This document shows positions 24,607 through 36,425 of a DNA stretch of 50,652 bases, one piece after another; position 1 is the first letter of the stretch, and each line of letters opens with the position of its first letter. Source of the DNA: Octopus bimaculoides (taxonomy: Eukaryota); the NCBI RefSeq assembly GCF_001194135.2, contig NC_068995.1:27732471-27783122 (forward strand), written 5' to 3'. Below the pieces are notes generated by a model, which worked only from the letters and a program-made list of their open reading frames with translations, ran no database searches and was not told the DNA's origin. The position numbers were made by a program, and so were the translations under genes.

Positions 24607-26223
24607 GTCCCCCGTTCCCTTATTTGGTCGTCAATGAGGAGACTAGGGGTAGATGAATGGTTAGTGAGAGTTGTGCGAGCCATGTACAGGGATGCTGTCA
24701 GTAAGGTGAGGGTNNNNNNNNNNGTTAGTGAGAGTTGTGCGAGCCATGTACAGGGATGCTGTCAGTAAGGTGAGGGTTGGCAACAAGTACAGTGAAGAAT
24801 TCCAGGTAGAGGTAGGGGTCCACCAAGGTTCAGTCCTCAGCCCCTCCTATTTATCATAGTCCTCCAGGCAATAACACAGAATTCAAGACAGGATACTCCT
24901 GTGAACTCCTCTATGCTGATGACCTTGCTGAGTCACTATCAGAACTAGAGGAGAAGTTTCACGTGTAGAAGCAAGGATTAGAATCGAAGGGCCTTATAGT
25001 CATCCTAGCTAAGACCTAGCTAAGACTCCTAATAAGTAGGAAGGTAGACCAACCACAAACCCCTTGAGGTAGATGGCCCTGCTCGATCTATAGAAAAGGC
25101 GTAGGTAGAAACTGTATAAGATGTACTCAGTGCAAGCTATGGACACATAAGAGGTGCAGCAATATCAAAGGAAGGTTAACTAGGAAGTTAGTTTTCATAT
25201 GTGGCAGATCTTCAGGTGCAATAAACACTGAAAATATGCAGTAAACAACTTCTGCCACATTCCAGGGAGAAAAACTAGAGGTAGTTGATAACTTCTGCTA
25301 TCTAGGTGACCAAGTTAGTAGTGGGGGAGGGTGCGCTGAAAGTGTAGCTGCTAGAATAAGAATAGCCTGGGCAAAGTTCAGAGAGCTCTTACCTCTGCTG
25401 GCGACAAAGGGCCTCTCGCTCAGAGTAAAAGGCAGACTGTATGACGCATGTGTACGAACAGCCATGCTACATGGCAGTGAAACATGGGCCGAGACTGCTG
25501 AGGACATGCATAAGCTTACAAGAAATGAAGCCAGTATGCTCCGATGGATGTGTAATGTCAGTGTGCATTCTCGACAGAGTGTAAGTACCTTGAGAGAAAA
25601 GTTAGACCTAAGAAGCATCAGTTGTGGTGTGAAAGAGGGACAATTGCATTGGTATGGTCATGTGGTGAGAATGGATTAGGATAGCTGTGTGAAAAAGTGC
25701 CACACCCTAGCGGTTGAGGGAACCTGTGGAAGAGGTAGACCCAGGAAGACCTGGGATGAGGTGGTGAAGCACAGTCTTTGAACATTAGGCTTCACCGAGG
25801 CAATGACTAGTGACTGAGACCTTTGGAAATGTGCAGTGAGTGAGAAGACCCGGCAAGCCAAGTGAGATCATAATCCGTGGCCTCTGCCAGGAGTGTAACC
25901 AGCCCACTTATGCGTACTTTTCCTTCATTGGACACTAAACTCTGCTTGTGAAGACCTGTTGGAGGAAATGAAACTGTAATTGAACCAAATTCGATGACTG
26001 GCACCTGTGCCAGTGGAGCGCTAAGAGCAACGTCCGAGCGTGATCATTGTCACAGCAGTTGTGAAGCTTCCGTGCCAGTGGCATGTAAATAGCCCCATTT
26101 GAGTGTAATCGTTACCAGCGTCGCGTTACTGGCACTTGTTCCGGTGGCATGTGAAAAAACATTTGAGCGAGGTCGTTACCAGTGCCGCTGGGCTGGCTCC
26201 TGTGCAGGTGGTACGTAAAAAAC
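24607..26223 (+). mobile_element. RTE-clade LINE, RT through 3' UTR (decayed), running into a gap
   Basis: GVHQGSVLSP, LYADDL (YADD at 24912-24923), MLHGSETWAETAEDM, WYGHVVRMD, GRGRPRKTWDEVV, then 3' UTR. Confidence 0.92.
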
Positions 26224-26974
26224 NNNNNNNNNNNNNNNNNNNNNNNNNNNNNNNNNNNNNNNNNNNNNNNNNNNNNNNNNNNNNNNNNNNNNNNNNNNNN
26301 NNNNNNNNNNNNNNNNNNNNNNNNNNNNNNNNNNNNNNNNNNNNNNNNNNNNNNNNNNNNNNNNNNNNNNNNNNNNNNNNNNNNNNNNNNNNNNNNNNNA
26401 TAATAATATTAGGGACAAAATCCAAAATTACAGGTAAAAAACTCAATTAAAATATAATATAAAAAAATATCATAATATCGATGAGTTCTTGAAAATTGGT
26501 TATTTTCCCTAAAACTATATATATATATATATTTATTTATTTATGTGTTTCAGCCAAGTGGCTGCGGTCATGTATACATATATATATGTATACATATATA
26601 TTTATATATATATATGTATATATAATTCGCTTTGTAATTTGGTTTGTAAAATTCTTTGTGTGATTCTGTTGTGTCTGGGGAGTCATTCTTTTCTAGTACC
26701 TTATACTCACCGGTAAAATTTCCACTCGTTTACTTATTTTTGTAAAATTTTCATTGCATCTTCCCACTCCACACACACTTTTCAGCACCCATATAACTCA
26801 CCATCATCCACATACACACACACACACACTCTTCAATAGCATCACCACACATACCACTATATGAGCAGCCACACACACTGTTTCATTGTGTACACACACC
26901 GTCATGCACACTCCTAACCATTACAAGTACATAATAGCTGAACACGACAATATATACTCCCACACCCACATCAT

Positions 26975-27830
26975 AATCATCGTCGTTTAACGTCCGCTTT
27001 CCATGCTAGCATGGGTTGGACGATTTGACTGAGGACTGGTGGACCAGGAGGCGACACCAGGCTCCAATCTGATTTGGCAGAGTTTCTACAGCTGGATGCC
27101 CTTCCTAACGCCAACCACTCCAAGAGTGTAGTGGGTGCTTTTACGTGCCACCGGCATGAGGCCAGTCGGGCGGGTACTGGCAACGGCCACGCTCAAAATG
27201 GTGTATCTTATGTGCCACCTGCAGAAGGGCCAGTCCAGGGGCACTAGCAACGATCTCGCTCGGCTGTCTTTCTGGCAACAGTCACGCTTGAAATAGTGTA
27301 TTTTACGTGTCACCTGCACAGGAGCCAGTCCATTGGCACTGGCAACGATCTCGCTCGAATGTCTTTTCACGTGCCACTGGCACAAGTGCCAGGGAGGCAA
27401 CGTTGGTAACGATCAACAGCATCGCTCAAAATGGTGTATTTTACGTGTCACCTGCACAGGGGCCAGTCCATCGGCCCTGGCAATGATCTCGCTCGAATGT
27501 CTTTTCATGTGCCACTGGCACAGGTGCCATGAATGCGATGTTGGTAGCGATCACGCTGGTGCTATTTACATGCCACCGGCACGGAAGCCAGACAGCTGCT
27601 CTGGCAACGATCGCGCTTGGACGGTGCTCTTAGTGTTCCACTGGTACAGGTGCAATCACGATTTCGCTTTTGCTTGCCCCAACAGGTCTTCGCAAGGCGA
27701 GTTTAGTGTTCCTACAAACTTAGTTTGATTTCGATTTCACTTGCCTCACCATGTCTTCGCAAGCGGAGTTTAGTGTCCAATGAAGGAATGTTACGCGTAA
27801 GTGGGTTGGCTACATCCCTGACAGAGGCCT
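26975..27830 (-). mobile_element. RTE 3' UTR, about 850 bp, antisense, with internally reiterated modules
   Basis: catcgtcgtttaacgtccgctttccatgctagcatggg...gagtttagtgtccaatgaaggaa; reverse complement of 25879-26223. Confidence 0.9.
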
Positions 27831-28089
27831 TGCACAGAAGCACATGATATATGAACATAGACCATACACAGACATACACACATATGCAACGTGCATAAAC
27901 ACACACAAAGGTAACTTTCGTCCATATATATACACTATGCACATTCACACTTTGGTCACAGTGACATTCACATGTACACACATCACATGTAAAAGCATGC
28001 ATCAACTGCGACACAACATGCACGCACAAACATGTCAAACGTACTTGCTCCCATTCACACTTGCCCACTCATACACCATTCCTGCATAT

Positions 28090-28390
28090 ACTTACCCTTG
28101 CGCACCTCCTGTTGTTGGGATCACCACATATTACTTCCCCTTCATTCAAACTCTCTTCATTATTATCTTCTTCCAATCAACTTGTTTTTTTCTAACCATT
28201 CACCTTATCGAACCACTGAACTCAAAACATTTCTTTCATTCTATCTCTATTTATTTCCTGTTATTCCTTTCTGTTGAAGTGTGTAGGCTCAAAAGGTAAA
28301 CGACTTTTCCATTTTTCCCAAGTGTCAAACTAATATACTTGTTTGTTTTTCCTACACCTGTCTTCATTGTTTTTCTATAAATTTGAACTA
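28090..28390 (+). repeat. Common octopus dispersed repeat (probably Penelope terminal-repeat derived); related tail-type repeats at 26400-26520 and 26627-26760
   Basis: ttattcctttctgttgaagtgtgtaggctcaaaaggtaaacgacttttcc...cctacacctgtcttc; family recognised from memory only. Confidence 0.45.
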
Positions 28391-28437
28391 TATGTGTGTG
28401 TGTGTGTGTGTGTCGATACATATGTGTGTGCATATTG

Positions 28438-28945
28438 TCATCATTGTTAAATTTCTGTTTTCCTTGCTGGGATGGGTTGGACTGTTGACAGGGGCCGGCC
28501 AGCTAAGGATCTGTCCAGACTCCAATTGTTTGTTGTAGCGTTGTTTTTACAGCTGGATGCCCTTCCTAATGCCAAGCAATTTACAGTGTGTGTGCTGGGT
28601 GCTTCATATTTGCCACTGGCATGGGTGTGTTGATGCAGCACCAGCATAAGTGCATTTTATGTTCCACTGGCACCTGTAAAGGACAACCCTGTATGTATGG
28701 ACGACAGCGATTTTACTTAGCTTGACACACAGCAAATTACCACAACTCCTGGCCCTTGTCATTTCCTTAGTGAAACCCAGCATCTGAAGATTCCTTCTCA
28801 CCACTTGTCTTCCTGGATTTACCGCTTTGACAGGTTCCTTCCACAATTAGAGCTGAGCACTTTTTCATGCAGCTGTCCTCATCTATATACATCACATAAC
28901 AAAACCAGCACACAACACCTGATGCCCCTTGTACCCAGTTTCTAT
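28438..28945 (-). mobile_element. RTE 3' fragment (end of RT plus 3' end), antisense
   Basis: gctggatgcccttcctaatgccaag; cttcctggatttacc...ttccttccacaatt; gcagctgtcctcatc. Confidence 0.8.
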
Positions 28946-29089
28946 CTTAAGTCACTTACACTGTTGTTTTAAAACTCTATGCTTTAAATATTTCCAGCTT
29001 GAATAATCACTTGTACTATTATTTATTTCTGATTGAACAAATTATAAATGTTAATAAAGAATTATACCTTAGAAGTGTAATTGCTGAAT

Positions 29090-29357
29090 TATTCTGCACG
29101 AGTATAAATCCTGGGTAGATTGTTAGAGCCACAAAGTATGTCAAATCTACTATTTTTAGAGCTGTAACCTACTTGAAGAAAGTCAGGATGTTCAGAGAAA
29201 GCATCACAATCCTTGAAGTGACCAAAAATGCACACCTCACTTCTTAGTAAGACTTGAAAGAACGATTGAGTTGAATCCTTCAAAATCAGTGGTGAAATTG
29301 GCTGAAGATCGAGGAATCAGTAAAATGACCATTTCTAGGTCTATGAGGCAAGACCTC
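29090..29357 (+). mobile_element. Tc1/maT-like transposase HTH fragment, cut by the adjacent RTE end
   Basis: TPHFLVRLERTIELNPSKSVVKLAEDRGISKMTISRSMRQDL. Confidence 0.6.
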
Positions 29358-29765
29358 ATCATCATTTACCATCATTGTTTAACGTCCGCCTTCCATGCTG
29401 GCATGGGTGAAATGGTTTGAGAAGAGCCAGCGAGGTAGAAGCCTGCACCAAACTTCTGTAACTGTTTTGGCAGGAGTTTTACAGCTGGATGCCCTTCCTA
29501 ACACCAACCACTCAGCAGAGTGGACTTAGTACTTGTTACAAGGCACAGGCAAGGTCAGTTTTGGCAAGGTTTTTACAGCTGGATGCCCTTCCAAATACTA
29601 GCTACATTACAGTATGGACTGGGTGCTTTTAAGTAGCACCTGCACTGACAGGGTCACCAAGTACTTTCCAGAGAAAAGAAAACAAAAAAGTCTTTTGAGA
29701 CGGTTGGGGGCATTGGAGGAGGTGATCTTGTGTCAGGTGATGAAAGGTTATAGTAAGACAAGAGT
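29358..29765 (-). mobile_element. RTE 3'-end copy, antisense, with duplicated ggatgcccttcc module
   Basis: atcattgtttaacgtccgccttccatgctggcatggg; acagctggatgcccttcc at about 29482 and 29575. Confidence 0.8.
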
Positions 29766-29774
29766 GGTTCACTA

Positions 29775-31290
29775 ACTATGAAAAAAACTATGGAGATAAA
29801 TCCATTATGAAAATGAAACCACAACAACAAAGAAATACAAAGAAATCGAAAACAAATATAGACACTAACCCCAGAGGAATCGAACTGAGATATCAAACCT
29901 CTAATTACCCCAAAACATACGTGGAAACGACCTCCATCTCACCCTAAGTACAGACTAGAAAACCATATCCAACAATACATAACACTGCAAACAACCAACA
30001 AATGAAATATTGAAGACAACCATCAACCCATACGTCCAAACACCATAGATGAATAAAGGAAAAGGAAAACAGACATGAAAGACAAATAACATACAGACAA
30101 CCACCAACCAGTAATAACATGCACCCCGGATGGATGAATACATGGGAAGAAAAACAAATAAAATACAGACAGCACAGATACTATAATAGGAATAATAATC
30201 ATGACAACTCAAGAAACACGATTTACAACCAAAATTCCCATATATCCTGAATGGCGAAAAAGACATGAAAGATGGGAAGAAAACAAAACTTATAATCAAT
30301 GGAATTGGTATAAAAGACATGAACCATCCTCTCACCTACATGGAAATCAGAACACCGAGACCAGACAACGAAGATGTGGAAACACAATTCCTTTTTTAGG
30401 GAGGAAATACTAAAACCACACACTGGACCCAATAAAACACCAAAGTTAATTAACCACACATAACATATAGACCTGAAAATCATAAATTTATCAAAGAGGA
30501 ACCCCAACAACAATGCGATCAACCTCCTATTAAAAGGTTTAAAGTTTACTCCGACACCCACGCCCAACCTCATTGAACTGAAATCTGATATTGAACACTT
30601 CAACCGTCACTTCCGACTTATAGAATTCTTCAACCATAAAGACTTAAATGATGAATCAATAATCCGAAATAAATCCCACTTCACCCCCTATAACGGAAAG
30701 GACAAATATTTGGATGTGTACAGAGAAATAATTTCAAAATTTCCCCTAAATACCCACTGATGTAAACAAAACCTTTGTAAAAAAGAAAAGAAAGCCTTAC
30801 AAACACTGAAGAATGACAACACAATCATCATAAAAGAAGCCGACAAGGGAGGGGCAATAGTTATCATGGACAAAGACTATTATAAAGATAAAATATTGGA
30901 AATGTTAACAAACGAAACCTACTACAAGGAAGAACCAAGACACTCAGAAAAAACAATAATGAATAAAATCAGAAGACTAATCATTGAATTCCAAGATTCT
31001 TTCACTGACAAGGAAAAAGAGTACATATGCAACTCTGTAATCAAAGAGAGCAATTTTTATGGATTGCCTAAAATCCATAAATGCTCTGAAATACAAAATG
31101 CCATAAATAAGCAGAAAAACCAATACGTAAAAATACTAAGACCTGCTGACCTCAAACTAAGGCCAATAGTTGCTGCACCTCAAGCACCAACACAACAGCT
31201 AAGTCATTTTCTAGATATACTCCTAAAACCTTTGTGCCCATTAATACCCAGCTATGTACGGGATGGTATAGATTTCATCCAACACATTTC
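29775..31290 (+). mobile_element. Penelope-like element, 5' region and N-terminal RT, 3'-truncated
   Basis: IINLSKRN...LLLKGLKFTPTP, IIIKEADKGGAIVIMD, FYGLPKIHK, LRPIVAA, LSHFLDILLKPL, SYVRDGIDF; one in-frame TGA near 30758 in an otherwise open stretch of about 800 bp. Confidence 0.9.
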
Positions 31291-32632
31291 CCCTATGTGT
31301 GCAGATGCGTGCGCAAGGCCAGACGTTGAGGAAAGGTGCATGCGCGGAAAAAAATTGCAGACATCCGAAAGGAGAACACATAGCAGAAAACATGTAATAA
31401 AAACAGGTGAACAATGCGTGTGCAGTGCAAACATAACAAAATGAATGAAACAAAAATGACGAACTTGGTTAGAAAGTCTTCTGGTCCTGGTATGCTAAAA
31501 AGTAGTATTTGAAATGCAAAAATAGGTGCATGCAAAGAAAGTTCAAGTCTATTGCTGTGGAAAATGTTGCGTGTGTGTGCTCCCATAGTTTTATCCAGTT
31601 AGTTTCTGTGCATGCAGCTGTCGAAATGATGCATTTATTGGCTTCCATGGTTGGCAAATTCCTTGTGCATCGGCTGTGTTGCATTTTCTTGAAGTGCATC
31701 GCAGTATAGAGCTTTTTGTAGCAGGTTGAAGGCAGGTGCATCTTAGTGGTGATGAAGGTTGTCATTATTTTTCCTTTGGTTTAGCTACTGTTGATATGAA
31801 GACTGTAGTTCTTTAATTCGAAGTCAGAAAAAATGCAGTGGTATGAAGTATCGGAAGGTAGCAATTCTCTTTACACAGGGTCACTAGTTTGTTGGTAATG
31901 TAGCTTCAGAAGGCAGCAATTCTTTTTCACGGGGTCACCAGTTGTAACAATGAAAGATCATTTTGTATCGGTTGAAATTAAATTTTAATGGCATGTTGTA
32001 GGATATGAAAGTTGAACAATGCATGAAGTTTTAAGGAAATATTTATTTTTACCCATTACATTATACAATACCTTGCCTCGATGGGCAGTGATAAAATCGT
32101 AAAGCATGCGAAGCAAAGATAGATTATAGATTCTTCTTGCATAGTTTGTGTCATTGTTTAGTAGTAATTACAGAGAAAGATAAAATGATGTTGTAAAAGA
32201 ACAGAATTAGAGCTAGTGAGATTGAGAGAGTGTGGGACGTTGTCTCTCTCAACTCAGGAGTTGTCACCAAAGTGACTAACTGTCTTTTGCTTGTGGGTTC
32301 TTGTTATAATAGCTATCCAGAAGGTTAGACATATCGTTGAGAACAATAGATTTAGTTTGTGGTCTTGTTATCTTAAGTGGTGAAGGCATTATTTCGGCCT
32401 AGCTAATGCAGTCTGGCAAATGTAAAACTGCTGTCACAGAAAAATCATTGTTCCACTGTGAGAAAACTTCTGTTGAAGTGTTAATTTAAATTTGGCTATG
32501 GGGGATCGAATCCACTTCATGCCTGCAAGATGCACTACAGGTATATTTGAATAAAGCTAAAAGTGTTTCTTTTTTTATTTCAACATGAAATATTTTTTAG
32601 TTTCATGTCCTGTACTTTTCCAGATGCAATTA

Positions 32633-33422
32633 CCGTAAATCCTTGAGTATAATCCGTATTTTTTCCCCAAAATTTAAAGGTCAAAATCCCCAGTGCGTAC
32701 TATATACGAGGTTAAAAATGAAAAATATTTTCTAAGCAATGTCCAGTCTCTATTTGCTGTCCGGGAATGTTTATTCAGACGCATATTGTGATGTTGGGCA
32801 CGAAAATACCTTAAGCTAAGCCTGAAAGCAATGAAATTATAAAAGAATCATCCATAACTTGCAGTAAGCAACATTTATTAAAATAAAAGTGTTGTATATT
32901 GTCTGCACTGGAAGGTACTCAGGATGACGTTGTATGGAAAGATGAAATAAATGAAAGTGAATCTTTTGATGTTGACTATGAATCTGACAATGACGGAGAT
33001 TTACACTACAATGATGCTGACATGTTTACGGAGGAACAAATGGAACAGTTATTTGATGCTGAAAGTGACGTTGAATTTGAAGGATTTGAATAAATGTATT
33101 TGCTTTTGTAACTGATAGTGATAAATATGTAAAGGCAATTTACTTAATATTTATTTTTCACTGATGTTATTAGTTATTTCTTTATTTTCTGCAAACAAAG
33201 TGCACAAAAAAGCTACACATTTGCATTATGTTATATATACAATAATAATAAAGGATGTTACTGTATATATGTTTACAAACCAAGGACGTTATATAGATCC
33301 CCTTGACTCAAGTTAGAGAAGGGGTGCGTATTATACAAAAGGTTTAGGTTTTTCAGATGTACAGCCCCCTAAAAAGCCCCTGCGTGTTATACGCAAGGGC
33401 AGATTATACTTGAGGATTATAG
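32633..33422 (+). mobile_element. pogo/Tigger-type non-autonomous element (about 790 bp)
   Basis: TA|CCGTAAATCCTTGAGTATAATCCG ... GCAGATTATACTTGAGGATTATAG|TA; retains acidic transposase tail ...FDAESDVEFEGFE* (ORF 32899-33093). Confidence 0.8.
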
Positions 33423-33541
33423 TAACTGAGAATGTTATCACTCGTCTAGCCACATTTCCTGCTAGTTTTGATTTTTGTATACAATTTTCTTTAAATTATC
33501 ATTTATCATGATAATATAATATTGTATTCTATTCTTGCCAG

Positions 33542-33654
33542 GTGTCAATGAGTATTGTGAGGAAGATGAAACTATTGTAATGGCTGCTATCAAAGAAAAA
33601 GTATTTCTGTTTCTCAGAACTCAAGTTGTAGCTTCCCCAAGTTTCTTTCAAGAG
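33542..33654 (+). CDS. NUP205: NUP205 internal coding exon (113 nt, phase 1 to 0); absent from ORF track
   Basis: ttcttgccAG|GTGTC...CAA GAG|GTgaga; GVNEYCEEDETIVMAAIKEKVFLFLRTQVVASPSFFQE matches human LAEFTEADEAMAELAIADNVFLFLMESVVVSEYFYQE. Confidence 0.95.
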
Positions 33655-34439
33655 GTGAGAATAATTTAGTTATCTTTTATCTTTTACTTGTTTCAGTCAT
33701 TGAAACTGGCCAAGAATTTTTGGTCATGAATTGATCCAGTACTTTTATTTTTGTATATTTAGTTTTTAACTAGTAGTGATGGGAAAAATTGTCGTGTCTT
33801 ACGGCCTTTCATGAAAGATGTGATTATTACCTGTTGTGAAATGTGTGTTACATTTTTTCATATGATTCTTCATCTCAAAAGTTCTAAACCCAGCAGTTTA
33901 TGACACCTAATTTTAAAATAATCAAGTATTTTAAGGATTCATTGATATCTTTGGTCCTCTGATCATGTGACATCTTGTGATATCATTGCAGTGTGATAGT
34001 GAGCCAATTCATGAAAAAATATTTACTGACAACCAATCATATTTTTGTGATTATATGTTTTCTAAAAACTTTATTTCATTAGTTCTATGTTAAGTTCTTA
34101 TATTGATCAATCAAAATAGTAACATTTTGGAATTTTATTATATATAAGTAGAATAATATTTTTTGCTACTTAAATTTTCCATAATGATGAACATGCTATA
34201 TGATCTAAAACAACTCTAAAATAAAGTTGAAAATCTTTCTCCCTCTCTATATTGAAAATGCTGATAGATGGTGTTTAAAATTTACACACCCATTATTTTT
34301 CAAAAATCTAGTTTCTAAATGAAATTGAAGAATAAAATTTTTGTGTAAAACTTCTTAAGTCATATTATAACTATTACGATAGTCTCCAGGACCCACAGAT
34401 ATATTGATAGATATAAGACAAATGGATGTTTTGAATATA

Positions 34440-34830
34440 TTTTTCCCTTAAGTGTTGAAATGCCATTAGCTATGTATTGGACAACGGCTTTAGTTACAAC
34501 TTTCCTTACATTGCCCAGCTTAAGAGATTTTGCAAATAAACTTTCCATACGAATAAAGCAGTGACACATAAAGTTTTCAGATCCAAAAGACACTTCTGAA
34601 ATTCATTCTTAATCAGAGCTATGAACCCTTTTTCGCAACCTACCATAAATGAAGCGCCATCTGTAGCAAGATCACTCATTTTTTCATACGGTAAATCAAA
34701 ATCCTTTAAGCTTGAGTCGACCATTTGAAATAAATCTTCACCTCTAGTTGTTCCATACATTGATTTCAAGGCAAGAAATTCTTCTTGAATGTTGAATTTT
34801 GCAGTTATTCCACATATAGATATTGTTATT
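34440..34830 (-). mobile_element. hAT transposase remnant (SPIN/GTF2IRD2-like)
   Basis: LKSMYGTTRGEDLF, LATDGASFMVGCEKGF, HCFIRMESLFAKSLKLGNVRKVV. Confidence 0.85.
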
Positions 34831-35103
34831 TTGATACATGCAATATATTTTTAGTTTTCTCAGCTAGAGTATAGTTGGGTCTCAAAGGGGCAGTACAGAC
34901 CTAGCAATATGTGTTTCATAGTAAAAACAAAATTTCCATTCAAATGGCAATTACAGGACAAGTGGAAATGTGACCTATGTCACTAATTGGCATATGAGTA
35001 TTTTATAATTGAAAAATTTACTATATTTTGTACATATAAGTATGTCAGCCTGCGGGTACAATAAAATGGTCACATGGGTGCAATTGCACCCGCAAGTGGT
35101 TCT

Positions 35104-35330
35104 TTCATCATCATAATCATCATTTAATGTCTGTTTTCCATGCTGGCATGGGCTGGACAATTTAATAGAAGCTGGCCATTCAGAAAACTGCACCACTCTT
35201 TACTGTCTTCTTTGACATTGTTTCTAATGCCAGCCAATTTACAGAGTGTACCGGGTGCTTTTATGTGGTACCAGCAAGGTTACCAAGTAACGTACGAGGC
35301 ACGACTCTTGACTGAATGGGGTGTATTATT
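35104..35330 (-). mobile_element. RTE 3'-end copy, antisense
   Basis: catcatttaatgtctgttttccatgctggcatgggctggac...gggtgcttttatgtggtacc. Confidence 0.7.
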
Positions 35331-35699
35331 GAGGTAAGCAGTAGTGTGCCAGGTATAAGGAGATTAGAGAATGAATAGAGGGATAAAATTAGATATTGAC
35401 ATACATGGTGATACATAGCTACCTCAGGAGGATAGATGAGAGAGATGGAGAAAATGTGGTGGAGGTTGTACACTCAATTTACAGGAGTGTGTATGTAAGT
35501 GAAATGGAACTAAAGATTGGAGTGAGTGAGTATGTGTGTGGGTAAATTCATGAGATTGTGAAAAGAGAGTGATAGCTGGAGGTGAGGGAAATGTGTTAGC
35601 AGGATATGTTGTGGGGAAGAAACTCAGCAGGTAAATTGTGTGCAGGTAGGTTAGCAAGGGTGGGAAGTGTTTGAGGAATACAGTGAGTGGTGAACTTGA

Positions 35700-36080
35700 G
35701 TCGGGTAGGTGTTAGGAAAATGGGTTATTGTGGAGAAATTTCCTATTCATCAAAGTCCTCCAGACCATAACAGAGAGATCTAAGACTAGAAGTTCAGACA
35801 TGCATTTATTCCTTGTAGAATGGAGGCTTTCTGCTAAAATAAAATGAGCCTTAGTGTAGAAAATATCACAGACTGAGAAGTGGTTAGTGGAGTGATTGGG
35901 CTGTTGCTTTGAGAACTGTTTTGACATTGTTACAGACATTGAGATGATGCTCAGAGAAGTGGTTGATCAAACTAGACCCTGTCATGCTTACAATGTATTG
36001 CAGAGTTTTTATATCATATAGTATATTAAGTTGGGGTGGGTGGGATGGTACAGTGAAAGTGGTCATTTAATTTGACAATA
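35700..36080 (-). mobile_element. Possible very decayed non-LTR endonuclease fragment
   Basis: LNILY..., INHFSEHHLNV..., and a frameshifted V-GG-DFDE resembling GDFN; weak. Confidence 0.25.
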
Positions 36081-36425
36081 GACTGAGAAACTTGTAGATC
36101 TGTTCTTTGTGAGAAAAAGGACCCAGTTTGGTACTGGAGGGGAGGAAGTAAGTGGAGACACCAAGTTGGGTGTGGCTAATAACAAAAGAATACCTGAACA
36201 GATTTTCGTGTGCATTTTTGTCCCTTGTGAGATAGAGGAATGGAGAGTTAGAGAAGAGTGTGATGGTCACAAATATAAACACTTCGTTCAGTAAACTTTG
36301 TATGTTGATATTTGTAGCAGGGTAGATATGTCTTCTTTATGTCATAATGAAAAACATAGATTTATGTAAATACAGAATTAAATAAAAGAGTGATATTTCA
36401 TTCATTTTTACATGTTCGTTTATGG

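Noticed and set aside
24660-24777. 54-bp direct repeat inside the RTE
   Set aside because: Exact overlap across a 10-N gap; assembly artefact, not a duplication
32490-32520. ggggatcgaatcc B-box-like motif as a tRNA gene
   Set aside because: No A-box or cloverleaf
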